From Antedon mediterranea (lineage: Eukaryota; Animalia; Echinodermata): a stretch of 64,000 nucleotides of DNA. The position numbers and the translations under genes are program-made. Position 1 is the first letter of the stretch. Each line of letters opens with the position of its first letter. The notes beneath the pieces were generated by a model. The model was not told the origin of the DNA. It was given only the letters and a program-made list of their open reading frames with translations, and made no database searches. Positions 11,892 through 24,000 of this stretch are shown one piece after another. Location of the stretch: NCBI RefSeq assembly GCF_964355755.1, contig NC_092675.1, positions 6,629,812-6,693,811 on the forward strand, written 5' to 3'.

Positions 11892-14800
11892 ATGCTGTTG
11901 TTGCTTATTATAGCTTTATTTGCAGGATCTGGTAAGTTTTTATGCAATATTTCCTTTGTATTATATCTAAAAACACAGAAGAAAATATAATTATAACAAT
12001 CTAAAAGTCTTCAAATTAATGGAACAGAGAAAACGGAGAAAGAAGAAAGAGAAGAAACTTAATTGGAAAAACGTATCAATTTGGTGAATGTTGGTGTCTC
12101 TTTCTATAGTATGGATAGTCATCAATGACCTCAAAGGGCAAAGAGATAGAGCCTTGCTTGCCAAAACCAATATAACAAATTAAATCAAGTAGGCCTAGCT
12201 TTCAAGTAAACAGAATATACAATAGTAGGCCTATAGTATAGATATTTTAAAGCTTAAGCTTTCTAATTTCCACAGTTGCAGCAGATAAGGTATGCTACGG
12301 TGATTTGGGCTGCTTCACAGATGATCCACCATGTGACACCTTCCGAGATTTCCCGCCACGATCTCCCGATTATATCAACACAAACTTTCTCCTGTACACC
12401 CGCCTTAATGATGACATTCCCATGACGATTGATAGAACAAATCCATCGTCATTGAAGATATCAACATTTAACTCATTGAAAAGAACTGTTTTTCTTATCC
12501 ATGGCTACACCGAAGCTGGACTCTTCTCTGATTGGGTTCAGAATGTGAAAACCAAATTGCTGGAAATAGTTAGTACTTACCGTTTCTTTACCACAAAACT
12601 TCTAAAATACTGGTTACATTTACGATGATAGAATTTGTAGTTGTTTTACTTTTTGTAAATCTATATGCAGTAGGGGCATCCTTATTTAGGATATAAGGGA
12701 ACAGTTTCTTTTAGAATTAATGAAGGTCAATATTTTTAACATTACGGCCAAATCCTATTTGGGGAACACCTCTACTATTAAGGAGACACTTTGTTGGACC
12801 TCGAAACAGTGGTGCTACTGTAATATGCATTATTTTGTGGAAATAATCTTTTCCTGAAATAAAGGTCTATAAGAATATTTAAATATGAAATACATTGTTT
12901 AGAAATGCTTATCAATATTATTCTCGCCAGGAAAACGTAAATGTAATCGTTGTTGATTGGGGAATAGGAGCCCATGATATTTATTATAAATCAGTGCAGA
13001 ATATCAGAGTAGTTGGTGCTGAGCTGGGCATGTTTATTCAATTTTTAAATAAAGAGCTTGGCTATCCAAACAGAAAGGTACACATCATTGGACACAGTTT
13101 AGGTGCACACACTGCCGGTTACGCAGGAGCAATGAATCCTGGGATTGCTAGAATTACAGGTAGAATACCGTACATCTTTATGTTATCAGATTTATTTATC
13201 AAATTAAAATCATTATGTATTATTATTAGACACGATATTTAAAGAAACAGAATTTAAAATAGAATACTAAGATATATTTTCATTTAATCATTCGACAAGT
13301 TAGCTTGTTTGTAACAACACATTAAATTAACATTGTTTGCAGGACTTGATCCTGCTGGTCCAGAATTCCGTTACAATCATCCTGACTGCCGCCTTGACCC
13401 AACAGATGCGGTTCTTGTGGATAACATTCATACAGATGGAGAGACCCTTGTTAGTCTTGGTTTTGGTCTACTTCAACCGGTGAGAGCATTTCTAATTTAT
13501 TTCCACAAATCAGATTCATAAAAACAACAAACAATGGACAGTAGTAATGTGGAACAAAAAAAATAAACATCTTAGAATCTCATTCCGTATTATAAGTTCA
13601 TTCTGATAATATAGGAAAGGTGGAATGTGCAATTGTCCCAGATAAGATAGGCCTATTGACCATTTTTATCTAAGCAGTAATCATAGAAAACGTTTCCGGA
13701 ATAATAATATTCTGGTGCCATAGGTGTTAATTAATTGAATTTACTTGGAATGTACACGTATCTTTGAATATAGACCCATACATTTATTGAGTACAAAACA
13801 ATCAATCAGAGTAAAACATTATCATTAAGATATTTTATTAAAACAAAATAAAATAAAAGAGAGTTGAGTTAGCGAGAGTTCACTGCTAATGTTATATGTA
13901 CATACATAACATACATTATAGACCTATTTGAATGAAGAAAGAATAGCCTAAGTTAATGGCGACATGCCCTCTAAAGGGGAAACACATTAAACGAACAGTA
14001 CATGAATGTTCAGTATCAGCTTCTCTAGTAAATAAGGACGAAACACTACACAATAAGAGTCACAATGTGTAAATAATGGTAATGAAGAATCTTAGTAAAA
14101 ACAAACATTAACAGTTCAATGAGAAGATTTTTTGGGTGTTTGGGTGTGGCATGTTTTTGTTTAGTAGTTTACGTTTAGTCATTTTGTAACTCGTCATTTT
14201 TTAAACAGCTTGGTCACATGGACTTCTATCCAAATAGTGGAAAAGAACAACCCGGATGTCCTGCAACCGTATTCGATGCTCTTGGTAGGTACAACATGAA
14301 CTATGAATACATACAACGAACTTAAGTTAATGGTACTGGTGGTACTAATGGTATATAAATAATCGTACGAATTAAAAAAAAAAAAATAAAGATGTGATAA
14401 ATTAACAAAAATATTAACGAAAGCACTCAGAAACTGACTGAAACACTTACTAACTGACGAACACCTAACGTAAAATTGTAAAATTCTTCTACAAAGATTT
14501 ACTGCGAATATATATTTATATATATCCAATCTGCAGACAGTACTGTTTCGATCTTCTTAGATCTCGTCAGTGCAGCTCAGGTTTTGAAATGAAATGTACC
14601 GCAGGTATATATATTATTTATGTTTGTGTCTTAATGCTGTGTGTGATTAGATCTAGACATTTTCACCTTTACACATTTTCTATTTTGTTCCTAATTTTCT
14701 AATAATTACAACGAGGGTGTTTCGCTTCATGATGTAGTGGAAAGAGGACGTATAATTATGTGAACCCCAAACACGTCAGTAGCTCGCATAGCTTTAACTC

Positions 14801-15439
14801 TATTCCACCAGCGTGGGATTCGAACCCACGAATTTGTTTTGTTTGCTCAGTCGACTGAGTTAACCGGTACTCAAAATGAAGTTCATAAATATGCATATTT
14901 ATGACGCCATGATTAATTACGTAATATGAAGCGCGTTTTTTTTAAAATGGAAAATAAAATTGTTAATAATAATGATAACTTAAAATTTGTAGTCGCTATC
15001 GTGCTAACAAACAAACATACAAAGCAAGTACTATACTTGGCAAAATAGATGTTTGATAGATCTTATTATGGCGGAGATATTTAAAGAGAAGGGAGAAAGT
15101 AATTGCATTTCGAATCCCGCCTCTCCTAACACACCTCCTTGAAAAGTGTCGACCCTAAATAAAAATATCAATTGTATTTTCTATATTATTTAAGCGGCCA
15201 TCGATGAGGTGTCTTGCAGTCACAGCCGATCTCATCTCTACTTCCTTGAGAGTATGGACCAGTCAGCCTCTTGTCAGTTCAAATCCTACCCGTGTGCCAG
15301 CTGGGACCGTTTCGTTGATGGAAAGTGTTCAGACTGTGGCTTATTTGGCTGTCCAGTCATGGGTTATTACGCCGACCTAAGCCTAGCGAGTGGAAGCTTT
15401 TATCTAAACACAAGGAGTTCTGAACCATTCTGCAAGTAG
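11892..15439 (+). CDS. Pancreatic lipase-family secreted lipase 3 (6 coding exons, about 339 aa)
   Basis: Exons 11892-11931 (MLLLLIIALFAGS), 12276-12568, 12931-13159 (GHSLGAH), 13343-13479 (GLDPAGP), 14209-14284, 15195-15439 (SCSHSRS...PFCK stop). All GT-AG; same exon structure as lipase 2. Confidence 0.93.
14702..14868 (-). mobile_element. tRNA-derived SINE (degenerate) in lipase 3 intron 5
   Basis: Minus strand reads GGTTAACTCAGTCGAC (A-box-like)...GTGGGTTCGAATCCCAC (B-box), followed by a non-tRNA body and an AT-rich end. Confidence 0.5.
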
Positions 15440-15857
15440 ACCCGAACCAAGGCTGGTTGACAGGCTTGCTCAATTACATGCTGGATGGAGCATTTGACTT
15501 AAATAATCAATTAAATATACACAACAATTTTAAAAAATCAACTTAATGATAATTTTAATGAGAATTATTGAAATTGATTAAAAAATAAATAGTAAATAAA
15601 ATGAACATACTATTCATCTGAGGAATTGTTGTCTTTCTGTCAAAAACATAAATCATAACTATATTCTGAGAAATTGGAAATGATATCAATACGAAGATCA
15701 ACTAGATATAGAAAGGTATATCATGACTATTGAATATATGTGAATACTACGTAAGACGACTAGCGTGTTTGTATTATAACGTTAGTTCATTAAATTGTTT
15801 ATGTCCACTCTAACAAACCCACTTCGGACTGTGCTCTATGTTACAATTATCGTAAAT

Positions 15858-17174
15858 CTTCTAATAGTAACCCACACTCTAATAGTAAGCCTCCTTCTAA
15901 TAGTAACCCACACTCTAATAGTAACCCACACTATAATAGTAACCCTCCTTCTAATAGTAACCCACACTCTAATAGTAACCCTCCTTCTAATAGTAACCCA
16001 CACTCTAATAGTAACCCCCCTTCTAATAGTAACCCACACTCTAATAGTAACCCCCTTCTAATAGTAACCCACACTCTAATAGTAACCCTCCTTCTAATAG
16101 TAACCCACACTCTAATAGTAACCCCCCTTCTAATAGTAACCCACACTCTAATAGTAACCACCCTTCTAATAGTAACCCACACTCTAATAGTAACCCTCCT
16201 TCTAATAGTAACCCACACTCTAATAGTAACCCCATTCTAATAGTAACCCACACTCTAATAGTAACCTCCTTCTAATAGTAACCCACACTCTAATAGTAAC
16301 CCTCCTTCTAATAGTAACCCACACTCTAATAGTAGCCCCATTCTAATAGTAGCCCCCTTAAAATAGTAACCCACACTTTAATAGTAACCCCCTTCTAATA
16401 GTAACCCACACTCTAATAGTAACCCCCCTTCTAATAGTAACCCACACTCTAATAGTAACCCCCCTTCTAATAGTAATCCACACTCTAATAGTAACCCCAT
16501 TCTAATAGTAACCCACACTCTAATAGTAACCCCCCTTCTAATAGTAACCCACACTCTAATAGTAACCCTCCTTCTAATAGTAACCCACACTCTAATAGTA
16601 ACCCCATTCTAATAGTAACCCACACTCTAATAGTAACCTACACTCTAATAGTAACCCCCTTCTAATAGTAACCCACACTCTAATAGTAACCCTCCTTCTA
16701 ATAGTAACCCACACTCTAATAGTAGCCCCATTCTAATAGTAACCCCCTTAAAATAGTAACCCACACTTTAATAGTAACCCCCTTCTAATAGTAACCCACA
16801 CTCTAATAGTAACCCCCCTTCTAATAGTAACCCACACTCTAATAGTAACCCCCCTTCTAATAGTAACCCACACTCTAATAGTAGCCCCATTCTAATAGTA
16901 ACCCCCTTAAAATAGTAACCCACACTTTAATAGTAACCCCCTTCTAATAGTAACCCACACTCTAATAGTAACCCCCCTTCTAATAGTAACCCACACTCTA
17001 ATAGTAACCCCCTTCTAATAGTAACCCACACTCTAATAGTAACCCTCCTTCTAATAGTAACCCACACTCTAATAGTAACCCCACTTCTAATAGTAACCCA
17101 CACTCTAATAGTAAGCCCCCTTCTAATAGTAACCCACACTCTAACAGTAACTCCCCTTCTAATAGTAACCCACC
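15858..17174. repeat. 18/36-bp minisatellite (CTAATAGTAACCCACACT alternating with CTAATAGTAACCCCCCTT)
   Basis: About 1.3 kb of directly visible tandem repeats; source of the VWVTIRR and LLLECG pseudo-ORFs. Confidence 0.97.
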
Positions 17175-18015
17175 TTATAAGTCAATCTATAATAATAACA
17201 ACCCACTACGCAAAGAGTAACCCATGGGGTTTACTATTAAAGTCACAAAAACTATTGACAAAATGACACTAGAATCAACATTTTGTTTATTTTATATTTT
17301 TCTTTTCAATATGAAGACTGGTCGTTTTTGATGCAGCCGTATTTTAAAAATAAGGAGATAATGCATGTTGATCTCGGGAATCCATCTCTTGTGTTAGAAC
17401 ATGGAGGTAAAAATAAAAATACTAATTTTACCTCTATGGTTACAGTAACAAAATGTTAATTACACAATGTATATTTAATGCAAAGTTGTTAGAATATTGA
17501 AGCCAAATGTTATCGTCAATAAGATAACACAGATACACACAACGCAACTGATAAACGTGTTGGATTATAGCTATTGATAATTGAGCCATTAAATATCTGT
17601 GTTGCTTAGATTTTCTGCTATTCTGTTTAAAGTTATAACATTTCTAAAGTTGTTCACAGTATAAAACAAACTTTGCTGGTGATTATATACAGCAATTGTC
17701 TCATGTAACCAAGCGACAATCGATTGGGACGCTATAAGAGTTCATTAAATCAATTTAAAGGTTTGTTATATTCTGTTTAGCACTATCAATGCCTTTAGGT
17801 GATTAGAAGACCGTTGACATAGTTGCAAACAGTGAACAAAAGACACGTACTTGAGTTTCTTTGTTCTGTTGTTTGTAAAGACTGTTTCTAAAAACAACTT
17901 ACTTAGTCTTACTTACTCTATGATATACTTGGTTCGTATAACTGAGCAGTGAAGATCACTATTTTCTATACATCGTTGCGATTTTCATCTTCACACAATA
18001 TTGAGTGAACTCAAA

Positions 18016-19239
18016 ATGACAACTGTAGTGAGGACATCACGGAACCATGGGCTTCATCGTGCTATTGCAGATTGTAGATTACATCAAGTAAGGTTACTAG
18101 TCGATATGGGATCAAATGCGAATGGCCGAGATAAATCTGGACGAACACCGTTGATGGCTACGTGTACAATTGATGATGAGCAAAAAGGTCTTAAGATGGC
18201 ACGTATATTTTTACACGCTAAAGCAGATATTAACAGTAAAGATGTACTCGGACGATCTGTGCTTTCTTACGCTGCCTTATTTGGTAGAGAATTGATAGCC
18301 GCACGTTTGTTACAGGAAGATACAATAGAGAAAAATGTTCCTGATCTTAACGGCGACACGCCACTGAATCTAGCAGCTTCTAAAGGACATTTAGAGGTCA
18401 CTAGACTTATTGCCAGCGTCCTTATTCGTGAGGGTCTAGGCGTTGACACTCGAAATAATGAGGGCTGCACTGCTTTGCTTTTAGCAACAAAGAATGGACA
18501 TTACCAGTGCGCTAAGGTATTATTAACCGAAGGGAACTCATCAGTGTACACCAGAGATAATATATTATATATGAATGCTACAGAATGGGCAAAGTACAGC
18601 CAAAAAATGTTTGAAGGATCTTTAAAGGAGAGCAGTGTTTCTTTACTCCAAACTTTCAAAGGCCAGCGCCATTCTATTGAAAACTTAGGAATTCATCAAC
18701 CTCATTTCTTACGTATAAATTTACCACCTATTCAACTACAAAACTTGAATAGTTCTTTCACAAAATCTTATGGTTTGAATCCAAATCAAACATGGTGCAT
18801 TATAAACGAACTTAGGAATCGCCAAAATAACTTAACTGATCTAATAAATATCTTAGAAGATATGGAAATAAAGGAAGATGAAAAAGAGGGAAAGAATAAA
18901 GATCGAGCGATGAGTACAATCAGTTCAATCGAAACACCATTCCCGAAGAATACAGATTCTCATCAGAAAACAAAACCGTACAACTTCAACCATGATTTAA
19001 GAATATTGTTTGAATTATATCAAAATCAGTTATCGAACAGACCACCACAAATATATAGGCCGGTGACAATGGCTACTGATAGGCGGCCTAGCTTCGAACC
19101 GATAGAACTTGAATCTAGGAGATCATTTGGACGCAGAGTTTCAACCAGACGTGGCAGTACGATGGGTAATCAACAGCCGATGCTACTCCGACGTAAGACG
19201 TCTTCAAATCTTTATCCCACCTACCAGCCTAGCTCATAA
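18016..19239 (+). CDS. Intronless ankyrin-repeat protein, ANKRD63/ANKRD34-like (407 aa)
   Basis: Single long ORF; first ATG (AAAATGA context) at 18016. About five N-terminal ankyrin repeats (GRTPLM, GRSVLSYAA, GDTPLNLAASKGH, GCTALLLATKNGH). The segment LIASVLIREGLGVDTRNNEGCTALLLA resembles ANKRD63 as I recall it. Low-complexity C-terminus. Confidence 0.85.
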   Translation: MTTVVRTSRNHGLHRAIADCRLHQVRLLVDMGSNANGRDKSGRTPLMATCTIDDEQKGLKMARIFLHAKADINSKDVLGRSVLSYAALFGRELIAARLLQEDTIEKNVPDLNGDTPLNLAASKGHLEVTRLIASVLIREGLGVDTRNNEGCTALLLATKNGHYQCAKVLLTEGNSSVYTRDNILYMNATEWAKYSQKMFEGSLKESSVSLLQTFKGQRHSIENLGIHQPHFLRINLPPIQLQNLNSSFTKSYGLNPNQTWCIINELRNRQNNLTDLINILEDMEIKEDEKEGKNKDRAMSTISSIETPFPKNTDSHQKTKPYNFNHDLRILFELYQNQLSNRPPQIYRPVTMATDRRPSFEPIELESRRSFGRRVSTRRGSTMGNQQPMLLRRKTSSNLYPTYQPSS

Positions 19240-21081
19240 TTATTTGTTGGTGTAATGAAAAGATCAAATCTGTTATTTTCCCCAATATATTGCAATTTTA
19301 AGATAATCGAAGACGTTTCAAATTTGTAGATATTTACTTTCCAATGTGTTAACTCTAAATAGAATTGAATGATTGTTTCAAACAGGAGGATATCGTAATA
19401 ATACTGTGGTAAAAAGATTGCTTTGAAACGATGAAACCAAATGGCTATACAGTATACTTCTTTATAAATGATAATGCAAATAACCATTTCAAAACAGTAA
19501 CCTTTCTATGAGCCAATGTATATAAACCGGATAAAGTTTAATATACAATTATTATTAAAAAACTATTGTTTGGAATTATTGTGCTCTTGTTGTTATCAAA
19601 TACATATTATATGAGCTCGATTAACAGTACGAACATGTAATATACTCACGAAGTAATAAATACATTCAGTAATTTCAGGAGAAAATATCAGTCTTTTAAA
19701 AGCAGGATTTATTATCGTTTATAAATTATTAGTGCTTATTTTCGTTTCGTTTATTTTCCACTCATTTAAATGCATTTAAACAAACATTATCGACGAGATG
19801 CAAGAGTTGCAGTAGCCTACTTGGTAAATAGAAGAAAACAATATGTAACACTATGAAATCTTGAATTAAAATATAATAAGATTTATTATGTCATCAAACA
19901 ATATAATATTAATAGGTTTTAAATGTAATAATATTCAAAAACAAAATACACAGTCAAGTTCCGCATATTGTAGGCTAATTCTAATATACAAAAAAACCCA
20001 GACATTGTATAATTGCAGCAAATACAAATATTATAATACATTATAGTTGTTCCATTAACAAACATTCTTATTAACAATGTACTATGTGTTCTGAAAATTA
20101 ATTAACAGTTAATTTCTTTTTTTTCCCATTTGTATCTGTACCTTTTGGTTATATGTCGGCATAATAATATTATCTAGGTCTAAATAAATGTTTATTAAAT
20201 AAACAAAATGTAACGAAGTTCATGTATGCACATATTTTGACTTACACGTGTTACAGCTGATAAAAACATTGATTACCGTATGTCAATGTCATCTATCGGT
20301 AAGTAGTCTTCGTAGCATGTTATAAACAAACCTGGCAAAATATTGTATGTGGAAAGACAGCACTGAGGATCGTGCAACATCAATAACCCACGTGATACCA
20401 TCATGGTAATAAAGGTTTAATATTATTCGAAAGGTAGGTAGTTTATTTTATTCGGACAGAAACTCGACCTAACTATATTAATAGTAATAAAGTATTAATA
20501 TTACTATACAATAACTTTTAAGTAGTTGGCAATATGCATAGGTCTATTTTAATCCAGATATCCAATGATATGGAACAAAATAACTATTTTACACAAAGTA
20601 AATATATATAAGATGGACAAAATAATACAACAGCGACTGGACCTAGAATTCTTCTTTACACAATAAGTTACTGTACATTTATTAAACTCTACGACTCTTT
20701 CTATTAATCAAAAAAATTATCTTCGTCATTTTCATAGTAAAGCTTAAAACCAACTAAATATAAGCACGATAACAGTCGATCATGTTATTTATATGAATAT
20801 GTACATGCGAAAACATTTTTATTTCACTTACGTTACGACAATTTAACTATAAGGATTGTTATTGTTAGGTATAAGCATAAGTATCAACATCTAGTCCATA
20901 TTAATAATGATTTATCTTTTTCCCACTTGTATTTGTACATTTTGCTACATGTCATGTCGTTATTATCTAGGCCTAAATAAATGTTATTAAATAAACAAAA
21001 TGTAATGAAAACACGATTGATTACCGTATACCAATATCATCTATCGGTGAGTAGTCTTCGTAGCATGTTATAATAAACATT

Positions 21082-24000
21082 TTATTTGATTTCGTAGTAG
21101 CTACATGTGCTTAAAACAAACACATCATCTGGGTTGTCAGATCTGAAAACATTGTTTAGTTGACAATTCATGACGTCATCGGTGAGTAGATTGGTGTAAT
21201 AATTTACGGATACGCATCCTACGTCATTTGCACATGCTGCGGTGCATTCTATTAGACTGCGTACTTTGATATCTTGCAGTGTATGACCCTGAACGCACGT
21301 ATTTTGCGGATCCAGATTTTCCACTTCACGGGTTTCACTCGACGTAAATACGTAATCATCTTCAATGCCTTTAAAGAGATATTTAAAAACGTAACATTGA
21401 GAGACTTTATTCCGAGAAGTGATATTATAAGGCAAATAAATGAATACATAAATTACCTAACTCGCATATATGGTGATAGCTGTTGACACAGGGAAATGTA
21501 TTCCAAGACGAACCATATATAGATGTACAATCGTTATCTTCATTTAGCGTAGCAGAGCTTGAGAATACTACAAGAAGAAAAAGAAAATGTTAGCAAAAAT
21601 CACTCATCTTGTTTGGCACGTGATACGCAATCAAGAAATTAAATGGCAGGAATAAATGGCCTACACTTATTTTTTTTGTTTGAAATGAAAAAATGTTGAA
21701 GATGAAAGGAAGAAGACTTGCAAATATTTTATACACACGTTCAAAATCTGTGGTTGTTGCTCTTGATTGTGTTTCGGATTTCCAAACATAAGTTCCTTCT
21801 GTGTCTATGTCGTTATAGCCGATATAAATGTTGTAAGAAGAAAGATGCACGGCATCAATAAGGTCCATTGCCAAACTCATTTCATAATTAGAGGTAATTG
21901 TTGCCAACTCCATTCCCATCTCGTTGCAAGCAGCTGAAGCTGACTCAAACCTCAACGCGTGTTTGTTAACGAAGTATCTTCGCTGTTCCCAAAGGATTCC
22001 ATCAGTAGGATGTAAATCTAGTAGAAGAAAATGAAATAAAAATGTTAAGCGTGGTTCTCACTAGCGACGCATTGACGCAAAGTGGGAACCGACGACGCGA
22101 CAGTGCTGCAAACATCTCAGGTTTGATTTCACGCAGGCGGAGGGCGATTATTAATATTTTTTATTATCGAGTTACGTTGCGTCACTAGTGGGAACCACGC
22201 TTTATCTGTATGCCTTAAAAGAAAGCGACAATGTCAGGTAAGCGACGTCGAAAAGACGTCATACAACGCGCAATTAATTAAATGCGCAAAATGAAAATTA
22301 ATTTCAACGTTATAAAATTATTTTCAACATTATACAACTAATTTCAACGTTATAAAATTATTTTTCAACGTTATGAAATTAATTTGAACATTATAACTGG
22401 CCTGAAACTACTACGTCACTGTCTTTTCATCACGGTATCGAATTAGGATTAGGAAACGTCTTATAGGTGGTTTAAACTATATGAAGTGCTAAAATGATTT
22501 AATTGTGTGGTGTGGTTAAAATGGATGGGCATACAAAAGATTAGAAGACGAAGTAAGCAATGGACAGAAGGACAGACAGACCAAGCTGATTTCATTTACT
22601 TTCACCCTTCAAGGAGCAAGATAACTATTCTGACATATTTTAGTACCCTCTAATAGAGTAATTTAAAGACCACTAGTTGTTGGTAGTCGGAGGGGTTCTA
22701 TACTAAAGACTCCTGGGTCCCAAAGGTGTTCTTTAATTGGATGGAGAGCTGTTAGTCCTTCCGTTTATAGCACTAGAGGGTGAGCTCGCTTCGCTCGCTC
22801 CCCCTCTAGGAAGTGTAGACGATGGTTCTCGGAATGATAATGTTCTCCTTATACATTTTCTGTCGGTTACCATTATTGAAAATGCTTGACATTCGTAAAA
22901 CTAAACTACTTTGTTTCACAGTGTTTTAGATGATTAATAACATTTTAAAGTATAGTTTTTATTGTTTGGTAGGGCCCTTTGGGGAGGCGGAGGTCATTTG
23001 AGGGAGGTGCTTATTCGAAAGATATATGTTAAATTTTTTAGTTCTAATAAAAATATGGTAACATTTATAATCAAATGAAATCCTCTCATAGATATGAAAA
23101 GTGGTAAAAAAGAATAACAAATGCTTGGTAAATTGCAGATAACAGTGCGGTGAATTCTACTACAAATAGTATAATTGTGTTATTATAAATATGTGGATGG
23201 ACGTTTATTAGATAGTTGGGTTGGTGGGGGGGGGGGGGGGGGTTATTATTCAAAGTGATGTTTTATTGGAGAGGCGTTTATTCAAATGAATACCATCCTA
23301 ATAATTATTAATACATTATTTAATTTAATCATCTTTTGAAACTAACTGCCATGACAGAGTGGGCCCAAGAAAGAAGACATTACGGCTTGCAACATGGGCA
23401 GACATCTCGGTCCTAACGGGACACAGGAAGATAGCCTACAGTTATTCCTGCAAGCTTACTCAATAAAACTCAGCTATCGGGATTTCACTCGAAAAATGCC
23501 TTATCAAATCTCCCTATGTAATTTTATAATACTATTCCCCACAATATATTCTGATTCTTTATGGCGTATATTTAATTTGATCTTTATTAATTTGCAGTAT
23601 AATTCCTATTATTTAACTACTGTACCTTCACACAGTGTGGTATGTTTTAAAATAAACAAAAAACTGAAATGGCTATGATTTATGGCCAATTTTTTTTTCG
23701 TCTTCCAAAGGGACACTGTATTGATTGATGGAAAGTGCCTGTTTCCAGTCACCTTTAGGGTCAAATCTATTATTTTAACTGCTCCCTTGTGTATAAAAGA
23801 GAGAAAATATTTGAAACTAAGGTGAACTTATCTTAAACCCGGAAATTACTTTGACCGGGAAGAATTGAAATTGAGAGGAAAATCCAATGTTGAAATCATA
23901 AATGTTGTTAAAAAACTCTTTATAATATCTTCCTAAGATATAAATATGGAACAATAGCGTCGGCGTGCACACTAATGTTATCAAATCTACGTTTCGCGGT

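Noticed and set aside
14800-14868. tRNA gene
   Set aside because: A B-box/T-arm is present, but there is no anticodon arm or acceptor stem; it fits a SINE head better.
15795-17139. VWVTIRR / LLLECG / LIVTHT ORFs and a possible interstitial telomere
   Set aside because: Minisatellite translations; TAACCC is embedded in an 18-mer and is not a (TTAGGG)n array.
18001-18015. TTG start for the ankyrin ORF given in the ORF track
   Set aside because: Eukaryotic gene; the first ATG at 18016 has a good context. An upstream exon cannot be excluded.
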